Virus record (IMG/VR): IMGVR_UViG_3300020045_000637 | Span: 1 to 30,618 of that record | Reading direction: 5' to 3' (one strand) | Source of the DNA: a virus | Lineage: Duplodnaviria > Caudoviricetes | Length of the DNA: 30,618 nucleotides | In this document: positions 7,875-17,600 of the stretch, one piece after another | Layout of the letters: each line of letters starts with the position of its first letter | Numbering within the stretch: the first letter of the stretch is position 1 | The notes under the pieces: model-generated | The model's database searches: none | The model's input: the letters and a program-made list of their open reading frames with translations, nothing else | Told to the model about the DNA's origin: nothing | Position numbers and translations under genes: made by a program

Positions 7875-8650
7875 TGGCCCCACCTAAAATCCTTGTCCTA
7901 GACATTGAAACGGCCCCAAAGGTTGCCTATGTGTGGCGCTTCTGGAAAGAAAACATCTCAGCTAAGCAGGTGAAGGAGCATGGTCACATGATGTCCTTCG
8001 CAGCTAAATGGTTGGGGGAGGATGAAATCTTCTACGAGGAAAACCGTAAAGAAGATGATCGTCTCTTGATTGAGAAGGTGTGCTACTACCTAGATCAAGC
8101 TGACATGGTGATTGCTCATAATGGTGAACGATTTGATATGAAGCAAATCAGAGCAAGGGCTGTCGTTCATGGATTAGCTCCCCCTTCTCCTGTGAAGGTG
8201 ATTGACACACTTAAGATAGCTAAGAATGAGTTTGGCTTTGCTTCCAATTCCCTTGAATACCTAACTACCATCCTTGGTTGTAAGGTTAAGAAGGGGGGCC
8301 ATAAGAAGTTCCCCGGATTTGAGTTGTGGCTTGCATGTCTTCGTGGAGATGATGAAGCTTGGGCAGAGATGAAGGACTATAACATCCTTGACATCCTTGC
8401 TCTTGAAGAGCTTTACTACAAACTTCGTCCTTGGGACACTAAACACCCGAGTTTGGCCGTCTACGTAGAAGATAACGAGGACATTGTGTGTCCCAAGTGT
8501 GGTGGCTCTCATGTCCAATGGCGTGGGTATGCTTATACTAACGTAGGTAAGTACCATCGTTTCCAATGCACCGATTGTGGTGGATGGGGGCGTGGTAGAT
8601 ACAGTGTTCTGCCAAAGAACGCAAATCTGATTGCGAACCAAGCCAATTGA
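7874..8650 (+). CDS. DnaQ / RNase H-like 3'-5' exonuclease with C-terminal Zn ribbon
   Basis: LDIET, AHNGERFD, IDTL, YNILD (DEDDy-type); CPKCG...CTDCG. Confidence 0.88.
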   Translation: MAPPKILVLDIETAPKVAYVWRFWKENISAKQVKEHGHMMSFAAKWLGEDEIFYEENRKEDDRLLIEKVCYYLDQADMVIAHNGERFDMKQIRARAVVHGLAPPSPVKVIDTLKIAKNEFGFASNSLEYLTTILGCKVKKGGHKKFPGFELWLACLRGDDEAWAEMKDYNILDILALEELYYKLRPWDTKHPSLAVYVEDNEDIVCPKCGGSHVQWRGYAYTNVGKYHRFQCTDCGGWGRGRYSVLPKNANLIANQAN

Positions 8651-8709
8651 CAGCCTTTACCACTATTTGTGTGTTGCTACTAATCGTAGCAGTGGGGATT
8701 ATTAGATGA
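8647..8709 (+). CDS. Putative 20-aa hydrophobic micropeptide MTAFTTICVLLLIVAVGIIR
   Basis: TTGA overlap with the upstream stop and ATGA overlap with the downstream start; a single TM-like stretch. Confidence 0.45.
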   Translation: MTAFTTICVLLLIVAVGIIR

Positions 8710-8858
8710 GAAAATTCAAAAAACTAAACGAGATTATCCGTGAGTATAATGGTGTAGCAGCCAGACTTACGAAAGATAAATCCAAAGAGAACCAAGCCTT
8801 GTTTGACGATGTGTTTGCAAGGCTTAAAGAAGCAGCCAATGAGGTGATCCTTGACTAA
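8706..8858 (+). CDS. Small hypothetical protein, 50 aa (MRKFKKLNEIIREY...), not in the ORF track
   Basis: GGGG RBS-like sequence, ATG, stop overlaps the thyX start. Confidence 0.6.
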   Translation: MRKFKKLNEIIREYNGVAARLTKDKSKENQALFDDVFARLKEAANEVILD

Positions 8859-9501
8859 AATTACAGCTAGGTTGGTTGCCCTTACAACCCCCACCATTGA
8901 GCTAAGAGAGGCCAGCCCAGAGGGGCTGGTCGCCTTCTGTGCTCGTGTTAGTAACCCTCAGCATCAGGACAAAGAGCTAGGCTCTCTGCTAGACTATTGT
9001 GTTCGTAATAAACACTTCTCAATCTTTGAGATGGCTAACGCTGTTGTAGAAGTGGAAGCCCCTAGAGATATTACTAGACAACTACTACGTCATCGTAGCT
9101 TCTCCTTTCAAGAGTTTAGCCAACGATATAGTGATGAGATTGAGTTTACTGACCGAGATTTTAGACGACAAGATGAGAAAAACAGGCAGAATAGCACTAA
9201 TGACTTAGATGACTACGACCGTAATTTAGCAGAAGAACAGGCATGGGCGGTAAGAGATTTTGTCGAAGATGTCTACAGGATCATGCGAGATGTAAATGTG
9301 GCTAAAGAGTGTGCTCGTGTAGTTTTGCCAGAAGGCCTCACAATGAGTAGGCTCTACGTCAATGGCACCCTACGCTCATGGATGCACTACCTAGATGTAC
9401 GTGACGATGAAGGTGTTACACAGTGGGAGCATGTCGTCCTTGCTCGTAAAATCAGAGAGGTGCTATTGCCAGCATTCCCAAACGTACTGGGGGTTAAATG
9501 A
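8851..9501 (+). CDS. thyX: Flavin-dependent thymidylate synthase
   Basis: ThyX signature RHRSFSFQEFSQR, plus HFSIFE and ECARVVLP; GAGGTG RBS with TTG start. Confidence 0.95.
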   Translation: MTKITARLVALTTPTIELREASPEGLVAFCARVSNPQHQDKELGSLLDYCVRNKHFSIFEMANAVVEVEAPRDITRQLLRHRSFSFQEFSQRYSDEIEFTDRDFRRQDEKNRQNSTNDLDDYDRNLAEEQAWAVRDFVEDVYRIMRDVNVAKECARVVLPEGLTMSRLYVNGTLRSWMHYLDVRDDEGVTQWEHVVLARKIREVLLPAFPNVLGVK

Positions 9502-9695
9502 AAGTTTATTACGTAGAGGCTTTCTCTGCTGAGGAGTATACCGACCATACTTGGGTGGACAGTGTTTATTCTACGAGAGAAAAAGCAGAAGCTTACATCG
9601 AAGGTATGGGTAAAGGGCCTCACGGAGTAGATGTCCCAAATTATGACTATGGTTACTTTCTTAGACAAGACTGTGTAGAAGTGGAGGTTCAATGA
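9498..9695 (+). CDS. Hypothetical protein, 65 aa
   Basis: ATGA overlaps on both sides; MKVYYV...VYSTREKAE pattern common in small phage proteins. Confidence 0.75.
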   Translation: MKVYYVEAFSAEEYTDHTWVDSVYSTREKAEAYIEGMGKGPHGVDVPNYDYGYFLRQDCVEVEVQ

Positions 9696-10234
9696 CAAAG
9701 ACACAAGGAGTGTATGAGAAACGTCCCAGAGATTTTTATCCCACCCCAGCTAAAGCTGTACTCCCTCTGAAAGACCACCTGTCACAAAATTTCTCGTTCT
9801 GTGAACCTTGTGCTGGTGATGGTGCCTTGGTAGGACATTTAGAGCGTATGTTCAATGCTGTGTGCTTCTTACCTATTGACATTGAGCCACAAGCTGATTG
9901 GATTACGAAAGCAGATGGTAATAATCTAACAACAGAAGCTGTAGAGTATTGTGACTGTATCATTACCAACCCTCCCTTCACTTGGAGTGTCCTAAAACCC
10001 CTATTAGATAAATGGATTAGCTTGAAGCCTACTATCCTTCTTCTCCCTGCTGATTTTATGCACAACATCCGTTTTGCACCTTACATGAAGGTTTGTGAAA
10101 GTGTGGTGTCTATTGGCAGGGTGAAATGGATTGAAGACTCCAAGGCAACAGGGGTGGAAAACTATTGTTGGTATTGGTTTGATAAAGACAAGATTGTGGA
10201 CACCACCACAAGATTTTATGGAAGAGATAAATGA
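9692..10234 (+). CDS. Small solitary amino-DNA methyltransferase (N6-adenine or N4-cytosine type)
   Basis: DFYPTP, SAM-binding EPCAGDG, catalytic ITNPPF; GGAGG RBS. Confidence 0.85.
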   Translation: MTKTQGVYEKRPRDFYPTPAKAVLPLKDHLSQNFSFCEPCAGDGALVGHLERMFNAVCFLPIDIEPQADWITKADGNNLTTEAVEYCDCIITNPPFTWSVLKPLLDKWISLKPTILLLPADFMHNIRFAPYMKVCESVVSIGRVKWIEDSKATGVENYCWYWFDKDKIVDTTTRFYGRDK

Positions 10235-10473
10235 CTGAAGCAAAGATTATCCAACTAGGTTCTCTGGACGAAGACGATCAAAACTATATGGACTTCCTTG
10301 ACAGCTTGAAAGATGAAGCTGTAAGGGCTGTGTTCATCGTAGAACGAAAAGATGGCACTGTTGCTGTAGGGACTAATTCTACAGACCGTCGTGATATTGT
10401 ATACGATATCTTTCGTCTACAACAGTTTTGCAGTAATATGGTGAGTAATCTTGACATCGGAGATGATGAATGA
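10231..10473 (+). CDS. Hypothetical protein, 80 aa
   Basis: ATGA overlaps on both sides. Confidence 0.7.
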   Translation: MTEAKIIQLGSLDEDDQNYMDFLDSLKDEAVRAVFIVERKDGTVAVGTNSTDRRDIVYDIFRLQQFCSNMVSNLDIGDDE

Positions 10474-10895
10474 CTTATCAACAAGATCGAGAAGACTACG
10501 TTCGACAATTCCATCGAGCAATGGGGCAAGATGTCAATAACCAAGAGCCTTCTGCTTCCCTCCTTGAGTTTCGTTACAACCTCATTCTTGAGGAGGTTAA
10601 AGAGCTTGGGGAAGAAATTGCGTATGCTATGGCAGAAAGCCAATTTAAAGAGGGTATTCCTCTTCGAGTTAAAGCGCGTATGCTCAAAGAACTTGCTGAT
10701 GTCCAGTATGTTATTTCTGGCTTGGCTGTGGCACTAGGCCTACCTCTCTCACAAGCGTTCATTCGAGTTCATAAAAGTAATATGAGCAAGCTTGGTGCTG
10801 ATGGGAAACCTGTCTACCGTGAAGACGGGAAGGTGCTTAAAGGGCCTAACTATGTTTCTCCTGAGATGGAAGAACTCTTCGAGACAATTATTTAA
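10470..10895 (+). CDS. MazG-like all-alpha NTP pyrophosphohydrolase
   Basis: LILEEVKEL, KELADVQYV, VHKSNMSK, REDGKVLKGPNY. Confidence 0.88.
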   Translation: MTYQQDREDYVRQFHRAMGQDVNNQEPSASLLEFRYNLILEEVKELGEEIAYAMAESQFKEGIPLRVKARMLKELADVQYVISGLAVALGLPLSQAFIRVHKSNMSKLGADGKPVYREDGKVLKGPNYVSPEMEELFETII

Positions 10896-10905
10896 GGAAT
10901 ATCAT

Positions 10906-11686
10906 TTGACAGAAAAACATTACGGGCCTAATCTGAAGATTAGCCAAGAAATCCATTCTATGAAGTACAGGTCGAAAGGAGAAAGCTTCAAAGATGCTAT
11001 GGTTCGTGTGGCTGACGCTCTTAAGGACGGGGAAGATCATTATCTCGCTTTTAAAGATATCCTTCTTGATATGCGCTTTCTTCCTGCTGGTCGTGTCCAG
11101 TCCGCTATGGGATCGCCACGTGTAGTTACCCCCTACAACTGTTTCGTTAGCCGAACAATTAAAGACAGTATGGGGGACATCATGGAGGCAGCTAAAGAGG
11201 CTGCTGAGACGATGAGGCTTGGTGGGGGCATTGGTTATGACTTCTCTACACTACGCCCCCGTGGTGCCCTCATTAAGAGCCTAGATACACGCTCTAGTGG
11301 CCCTATTGCTTTCATGGACATCTTTGATGCCATCTGTAAGACCATTGCCTCTGCTGGTCATCGTAGGGGCGCTCAGATGGGTGTGCTACGTGTTGACCAC
11401 CCAGACATTGAAGAGTTTATCGAAGCTAAGACGAATAGCTCTCGTTTGACACAATTCAACATCTCTGTTGGTATCACTGATGAATTTATGGAAGCTGTTA
11501 AAGCTAACAGGATGTTCAATCTTCGTTTTGAAGGTGTGGTGTATAAGCAGGTGAGTGCTGTAGCCCTGTGGAATAAAATCCTACGTTTCACTTGGGATTG
11601 GGCAGAACCGGGTGTTCTCTTTTTGGACACTATTAATAAAAAGAATAACCTACATTACTGTGAAGTAATTAGTGCTACAAATCCGT
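10906..11686 (+). CDS. nrdJ: Class II (cobalamin-dependent) ribonucleotide reductase, exon 1
   Basis: AAGGA RBS and TTG at 10906; FLPAGR, YNCFV, GGGIGYDFSTLRP, RRGAQM, FNISV, EPGVLF; ends SATNP plus the first base of the Cys codon. No small-subunit gene in the window. Confidence 0.9.
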
Positions 11687-12359
11687 TAACCTAAAATAAC
11701 ATGCGGATTTAAAACCCCCTCTGATTGACTTGGAAGCCCTTATAGGGGCGACAGGGCGCAAGCAAGGATAAAACCTGTGCAGCGTGAGAGACTAAGCGAG
11801 GGGGACGGACTACATTTATTTTCTACTACTTGTCCAATTTGGACCTGTTTTGGTGTATAAGTATATAGGAGGGGTTGTTCCCTCGTATGTTCGCAACCAA
11901 AGGAGGGTTAAATGCGAGTTTGTAGAATATGTAATGAACCTAAAGAAGAAACCGAATTTTCGTACCGGGGCGGTTCGAGAAAAGGTCTTCAGGCAGATTG
12001 CAGAGATTGTGCGGTAAAACGTGCAAGAGATTATCGTCAAGATACAAGAGATCGTGTGGGTGTTTACAAGCTTGAAAAAGGTTGTGAAGATTGTGGATTT
12101 AAAGCTGAACATAGTTGTCAGCTTGATCTAGACCACATTGACCCAGAAACTAAAACGTACAAAGGCGCTCACAAAGCGTTTGATGCGGGTTGGTCTTGGG
12201 AACGTATTGAAAACGAAATCGCAAAATGCCGGGTTTTGTGTAAGAACTGCCACGCTCTCCGTACTTATAACGAGAGACACTGGGAGACCTTTTATACAAC
12301 TGTCCGTATGCGATAGTCCAGCGCACAGACCTAACTATAACACAAGGGTCAGTGTGATG
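11687..12359 (+). mobile_element. Group I self-splicing intron, 673 nt
   Basis: 5' splice site after U, with P1 AAAUCCGU/GCGGAUUU (11703-11710) and the U-G wobble; P3 CCCCCUC (11715-21)/GAGGGGG (11798-804); P7 GACUA (11790-94)/UAGUC (12314-18); P8 ACGGAC (11805-10)/GUCCGU (12302-07); P9 CACAGACC/GGUCAGUG; terminal G at 12359. Removal restores the frame and NPCGEQPLPPYGAC. Confidence 0.93.
11912..12316 (+). CDS. Intron-encoded HNH homing endonuclease (in the P8 loop)
   Basis: AGGAGG RBS; CRIC, CRDC, GCEDCG, LDLDHID, KCRVLCKNCH; the stop TAG lies within the P7' strand. Confidence 0.9.
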   Translation: MRVCRICNEPKEETEFSYRGGSRKGLQADCRDCAVKRARDYRQDTRDRVGVYKLEKGCEDCGFKAEHSCQLDLDHIDPETKTYKGAHKAFDAGWSWERIENEIAKCRVLCKNCHALRTYNERHWETFYTTVRMR

Positions 12360-13384
12360 GTGGAGAACAACCTTTGCCACCTTACGGCGCATGTTTGTTG
12401 GGGTCTGTTAATCTGGTTAAGTACCTACAGCCAAAATACATGATTGATCGTGTAACCGACGAAGGTTATGGACCAGAAGTACAAGATGGTTGGTCCTTCA
12501 ACTACACTAAATTTGAGATGGATATTAAGCATATTGTCCGTGCTATGGATAATGTTGTAGACCGTGCCACCTACCCACTACCTGAACAAGAGGTGGAGGC
12601 TAAAAGCAAACGTCGTATGGGCCTTGGTCTCACAGGTGTGGCTAATGCTGGTGAAATCCTTGGTCGTCAGTATGGAAGCCCTTCGTTCCTCAAATGGCTT
12701 GAGGATATTATGGTCACTTATCGGGATTGTGTGTATGAAGCCTCTGTCGAACTGGCTAAAGAGAAAGGTGCATTCCCCCTGTTTGAGGCTGATCAATTCC
12801 TTCAGTCAGGCTTTGCGCTTACACTTCCACAAGAACTCCGGGAGGATATTAGACTATACGGTATTCGCAATAGTCATCTTCTTTCCATCGCTCCTACTGG
12901 CACTATTTCTCTGTCTGCTGACAATGTAAGTTCTGGTATTGAACCTGTCTTCTCTCACTTCTACGATAGAACCATCCAAACCTTTGAGGGGCCTATTGTA
13001 GAGCGTGTAGAAGACTATGCTTACCGTGTGTATGGCGTTAGAGGTCGTACAGCTGACCAGACGCCTGTACAAGACCACGTAGCTGTTCTTAACCTCGCTA
13101 GTAAATATGTAGACTCCGCTTGCTCTAAAACCTGTAACGTTGGTAACGATGTTACATGGGAAGAGTTCAAGGAGGTTTACATGACTGCATGGGAAGGTGG
13201 AGCCTCTGGCTGCACTACATTCCGTCTGGCTGGTAAACGTTATGGCATTCTTAATGCTGCTGCTGTGGAGGATGTAGCAGAAACCCCTGTCGTTGAAGAA
13301 GACGACTTTGTAGATGAGAAAGAGGGAGGAATTGGCGGTGCTTGTTACTACGACCCTCAAACCGGAAAACGAACTTGTGAGTAG
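12360..13384 (+). CDS. nrdJ: Class II ribonucleotide reductase, exon 2 (spliced product 601 aa)
   Basis: (C)GEQPLPPYGACLLGS, RRMGLG, IRNSHLLSIAPTGTIS, SSGIEP, C-terminal Cys pair GACYYDPQTGKRTCE; exons total 781+1025=1806 nt. Confidence 0.92.
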
Positions 13385-13784
13385 GTGTTGTAAACACTGT
13401 GAGGGGGACATCCCCCTCCTCTATCCTTACTCTGACTACTGTTCCAACGCTTGCCGTAGTAAAAAACATTACCATGATAACCCTAATCCCAAAAAACTAT
13501 ACATGGAAAAACGTAGAGGGAGACGAAGAGAGTGGTTGAACAAGTACAAAAAAGCTAAGGGGTGCGAATGGTGTGGGTATAAAATGTACTCAGAAGCATT
13601 ACACTTTGATCACAAAGACCAGACACAGAAACACAGAGAGGTCTCTTCAATGTATGGTTGTAAGTTGAAAGCTATTATAGAGGAGGTCAGGAAGTGTAGA
13701 GTTTTGTGTGCCAACTGCCATGCGCACCACTCAAAAAATCAACAAAATGGGGTAATCTATGATCCTGTTACGACCTGCGAGTAG
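13377..13784 (+). CDS. Free-standing HNH endonuclease related to the intron-encoded one; start probably the GTG at 13377
   Basis: CKHC, YCSNAC, KGCEWCG, LHFDHKD, EVRKCRVLCANCHA; overlaps the RNR stop. Confidence 0.85.
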   Translation: MSRCCKHCEGDIPLLYPYSDYCSNACRSKKHYHDNPNPKKLYMEKRRGRRREWLNKYKKAKGCEWCGYKMYSEALHFDHKDQTQKHREVSSMYGCKLKAIIEEVRKCRVLCANCHAHHSKNQQNGVIYDPVTTCE

Positions 13785-13953
13785 CTATGACGACTACGAC
13801 CAACTGGGTTTGAAAAACATTATGGTTTTTGAAGACACTGAGATTTCCCCCTCTTCAGTGCTAAATATGTTTGGAGACCCATATGTTAAATACACCCCTA
13901 AACAACCAATCGGCTTTGACTTAACAAGAAAGAATAATAAAAATGCTCAATAA
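13759..13953 (+). CDS. Hypothetical protein, 64 aa
   Basis: GGGGT RBS-like sequence; fills the gap before phoH. Confidence 0.6.
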   Translation: MILLRPASSYDDYDQLGLKNIMVFEDTEISPSSVLNMFGDPYVKYTPKQPIGFDLTRKNNKNAQ

Positions 13954-14644
13954 GCCAACTGGGAAGCGTGTGTCCCGCTACAAAAAAGCTGAGGAGGAGG
14001 GGGCTGCTAAGGTCTCCAACCTCACCCCTCTTAACGATAACCAAGGATTGTATATTGATGCTTTCAAGCATCATGACCAAATCATTGTCCTTGGTCCATC
14101 AGGGACGGGCAAGACATTCATTGCAGCCACTATGGCAGCTAATATGTATGCCACTAAACAGATCAGCAAGATCATCATCACGCGTCCTGCTGTCTCTGTA
14201 GGTAAGTCTCTTGGTGCTCTCCCCGGTGATCTGCACGATAAGTTTGGTCCTTGGCTCAGCCCTGTCCTCAGTGTCCTAGAAGAGAGGCTCACGAAAGGGG
14301 TTGTAGAGACAGGTATTAAGAATGGTAACATTCAAATGGCTCCTCTAGAATACATGCGAGGGGCTTCCTACAAGAATGCCTTCATCCTAGCAGATGAATG
14401 TCAAAACCTAGACGTAGCTCAGTTTAAAATGCTTGTCACTCGTATTGGTGAGAATTGTAAGCTGGTTATGAATGGGGACATTCGACAGAGCGATATTAAG
14501 GAACAATCTGGTTTGTCTAAAGCTCTACAACTAATCCACAAGTATGGGATTGATGCAGCAGTGGTTGAGTTCACCCTTGACGATGTTGTACGTTCTGACA
14601 TCTGTAAGCAATGGCTCACTGCCTTCTATGGTGAGGCTATTTAA
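13943..14644 (+). CDS. phoH: PhoH-family ATPase
   Basis: GPSGTGKT, ITRP, LGALPG, EYMRG, ILADECQN, TRIG, GDIRQSD, DVVRS. Confidence 0.95.
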   Translation: MLNKPTGKRVSRYKKAEEEGAAKVSNLTPLNDNQGLYIDAFKHHDQIIVLGPSGTGKTFIAATMAANMYATKQISKIIITRPAVSVGKSLGALPGDLHDKFGPWLSPVLSVLEERLTKGVVETGIKNGNIQMAPLEYMRGASYKNAFILADECQNLDVAQFKMLVTRIGENCKLVMNGDIRQSDIKEQSGLSKALQLIHKYGIDAAVVEFTLDDVVRSDICKQWLTAFYGEAI

Positions 14645-14646
14645 AT

Positions 14647-14690
14647 AAAAAAGGCCCCGCCAGCGATTTGCTGTGCGGGGCCTAACCATT
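14647..14690. terminator. Intrinsic terminator, probably bidirectional, between the two converging arms
   Basis: Stem AGGCCCCGC-CAGC / GCTG-T-GCGGGGCCT with an A6 run on the left (U-tract for the - strand) and a weaker T-run on the right. Confidence 0.85.
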
Positions 14691-17600
14691 TTATTGTCTA
14701 ATACCTTTTTGGTACATCTCATCATTCAACTTCATCTTAGTCTGGATCATTTTAATCTGAGCAGAGTTTAGTTTATTGAATGGGGTCTTAATACCAAGGT
14801 CTTCTTTAGCTGCTTCCCTCTCGTTCTTAGGACGAGCGAGGAGTTTAGCTCTCTCAGCAATGAGTTTGTCTCCTTTCCCCCCACTAGTTTCTAGGTACGA
14901 GAGTACCTCCTCCCTAGCGTTGCGGAGCATCGTGTCAACTTCCCTCATCTTGCCCGCCATTGGGAGGCCCATGAACATCTTATTATTCAAAAGACGAGTT
15001 GCCTCTCTCTCCAATATTGGATTGACATTCTGGTTCATCCAATCATCATACTCTGGATCACCTGATGTAAAGCTGTCCGCTTTAAACGGAGCTTTATTCA
15101 CCATCCCCAAGAGTTTGTCAATTGGCGTTCTACGCTGAGCGTATTGAGCACCAAAAATTCCAGCCCCCACGTTACCAGACCTAATTTCCCCTGCTTGTGT
15201 AGCAGAGTGTTTAGGCTTCCCAAACACCAACTTCCCTTCTTCGTTAGGCTCTCCTAAGAGGACATCAAACAAGGTGCTAGTGTAACGTCCAAAGCTTTGG
15301 ATAGTTCCTTCGATACCCGGTGACAGTTTCTTGTCAATCGTGGCGTTAGAGGTGATACCATAAGCATCTGAGTAGGCCCCGACAAACTTGTTAAGTGGGT
15401 CAAGAGGACGAGAGAAGCCAGCAGCAATAGGGGCAATAGAGTTGGCTGCATAACCCATCAAGTCCAAAAAGGCGTTCTTATCGTCATCAGGTGTAGCCGG
15501 AGACACAATGTACTCCACCATGTCCCTAATAACTTGCGGATTACCAAGATCACCAAGAGCAGCAGGAACACTAAGTTGTTGAGCAGCAGCAGTTAGAAGG
15601 TCTTTACTCATCCCCTGCCCCTCATCGTATTCCAAGCTAATACGCCCTACAAGGTTGTACAAGCCCCAAGGGAACAGATTGTCCACCTTGTACACACCAC
15701 CAGCATCATCTCTCTCTTCGTTCCACTGTAGTCCTTGCTCTCTCTTGTCAGCCTCTCTGTGAGTTAGCATACCTATCATGGCGGTGCCAACCATCATCTG
15801 AGAGACCTTCTCCCCCAAGTCTACGTCAATTTGTTTCTTCATCACCTTGCTTGCAATAGGTACTAGGGCAAGAGGGCTATAACGAACACCAAAATCAATA
15901 ACACTATTAACAAACTGACCGAATGGGTAGAAGAAGCCCAAGCCGGGAACAGCAGACACTCGTTGAGAGATATCTGCCAGACTCCCCCAAAAACCTGTTT
16001 TCCCCCTAAAGTCCTTAGAGAAAGTGTCTTCTTCCAAAGCTCTGATTGCATGTTCCCACATATCATCTGTGATTTCATGTGAACGACCAGAATTTAGAAC
16101 CTCATCAATCCCCATATTAAACTTCAACCGTGTCTGCTTGTCAAGCTCTTTCATCCCAGAGTAGGATTTAGTCATAACATCTTGAGCATTAACGAAAGAC
16201 AATCTTTGGGCCAAACTAATTAAACCCTCTGTCTTTTTAACCACGACACCTTGAGGGTTAAGGCCAAAAGCTTCAGCACCTTTGTTATCAACCCCTTGGA
16301 AGAATTGTTTAGCAACCCTCTTCTGGCTTTTCTTAGGAGCTTGTTCCAACAAAGCATGGAAGGCTTCTACAGTGGTAAAGGGGTCAACAGCCATACGGGT
16401 CATGTAACTAATGTTCTTCAAAAGAGCATTAGCCTCTCCCATTGTCTTCCCTGCTGTAGGACTCCCCATAAGGGCTTTAACACCAGCAGCCCCATAGAGG
16501 GTTGACATTTGTAACGCCTCTGCTGAGGTTCTAGCAGCCATAGCAATACCAAAACCCTTTACGTTGGCAATGGTTGTTGCTGGGTGTGACACCAACATAC
16601 GTTTCCATACAGACATAGTGTATGCTAGAGCTTGTTTATCTCCGCTTACTGGGGTTTTGGGTTTTGCGTTATTAATAATGTCACTAGCCATTTCTGCTGC
16701 ATCGTCATCAACTGTATCCCCAAGTTCTTTAACAACACTAGTGGCAGCAGCACGATTAGAAACAGCAACATTCTTAAAGTCATCCGTAAACTTAGACAGA
16801 GAGCTAAGCCTCTGATTGGTCCAACCAGCTTGATTAACCTTCTCTTTAAAAAGCTGAACAACTTGGCTAAACGTGACACCTAGAGGTTCAAAAGCCTCAG
16901 AGATAGCTTCTCTCTCTGCTGCATCAAGACCACTAGCGTATTCGATAAGATTTTTTGAGAGGGTTTTGTCGTCTGTACCTTTAACTACGATACCATGCCT
17001 TTGCAGGATGGCACCAAAACCTTCATCTGTTTTATAATCAGTGAACCAATTTACAATAGCATCATCTAGTTCACGGTTAGTTCCCATACCTTGAGATTTT
17101 TTGATGAGTTCTGACCAATCAGAGCTAACTTTTTTGATAGATTTCTTTAGGTCTTTTGCAACAGCCTTATTAGAGCCAAGGCTCCTCTTAACTTTGGCCT
17201 CTTCAATCTTCTTTCCTGCATCAGCAAGACCAGAAGAACCTTTAAGGGTTTTATGACCAAGGAGGGAGGTGACAGCGCCAGAGCCACCAAGCAAGGTGGA
17301 GACGGCACTCTGCATATAGCTAAACTCTTCCTGAGCACCAGTCTCCATCATAATATCTTGGTACAAAGTGTCTTGGAAGTTAGCAAGAAGTCCTTCTGTA
17401 GCAGCAGCCCCCATAACAGCACGTTTAGTGCTTACTTTCACAGCGGCATTAACGATCTCTCTCTTAATTGCCTTTTGCGCGACTTGTGAACCACCCTTCT
17501 TGGCCACTTGTTTAGCCGCTGCCTCAGCAGCTTGCAGGATCAACTCTTTCGACACTTCCATTGTAGCTTTAGTACCAGCCCTACCAGCCAACTTCCCTAC

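Noticed and set aside
10792-10905. N-terminal extension of the RNR ORF
   Set aside because: Overlaps the MazG-like gene; the RBS and TTG at 10906 give a better start.
11687-12359. RNR as a frameshifted pseudogene, an intein-containing gene or a split two-subunit enzyme
   Set aside because: The in-frame stop and frame change exclude an intein; group I core pairings and exact restoration of NPCGE support an intron.
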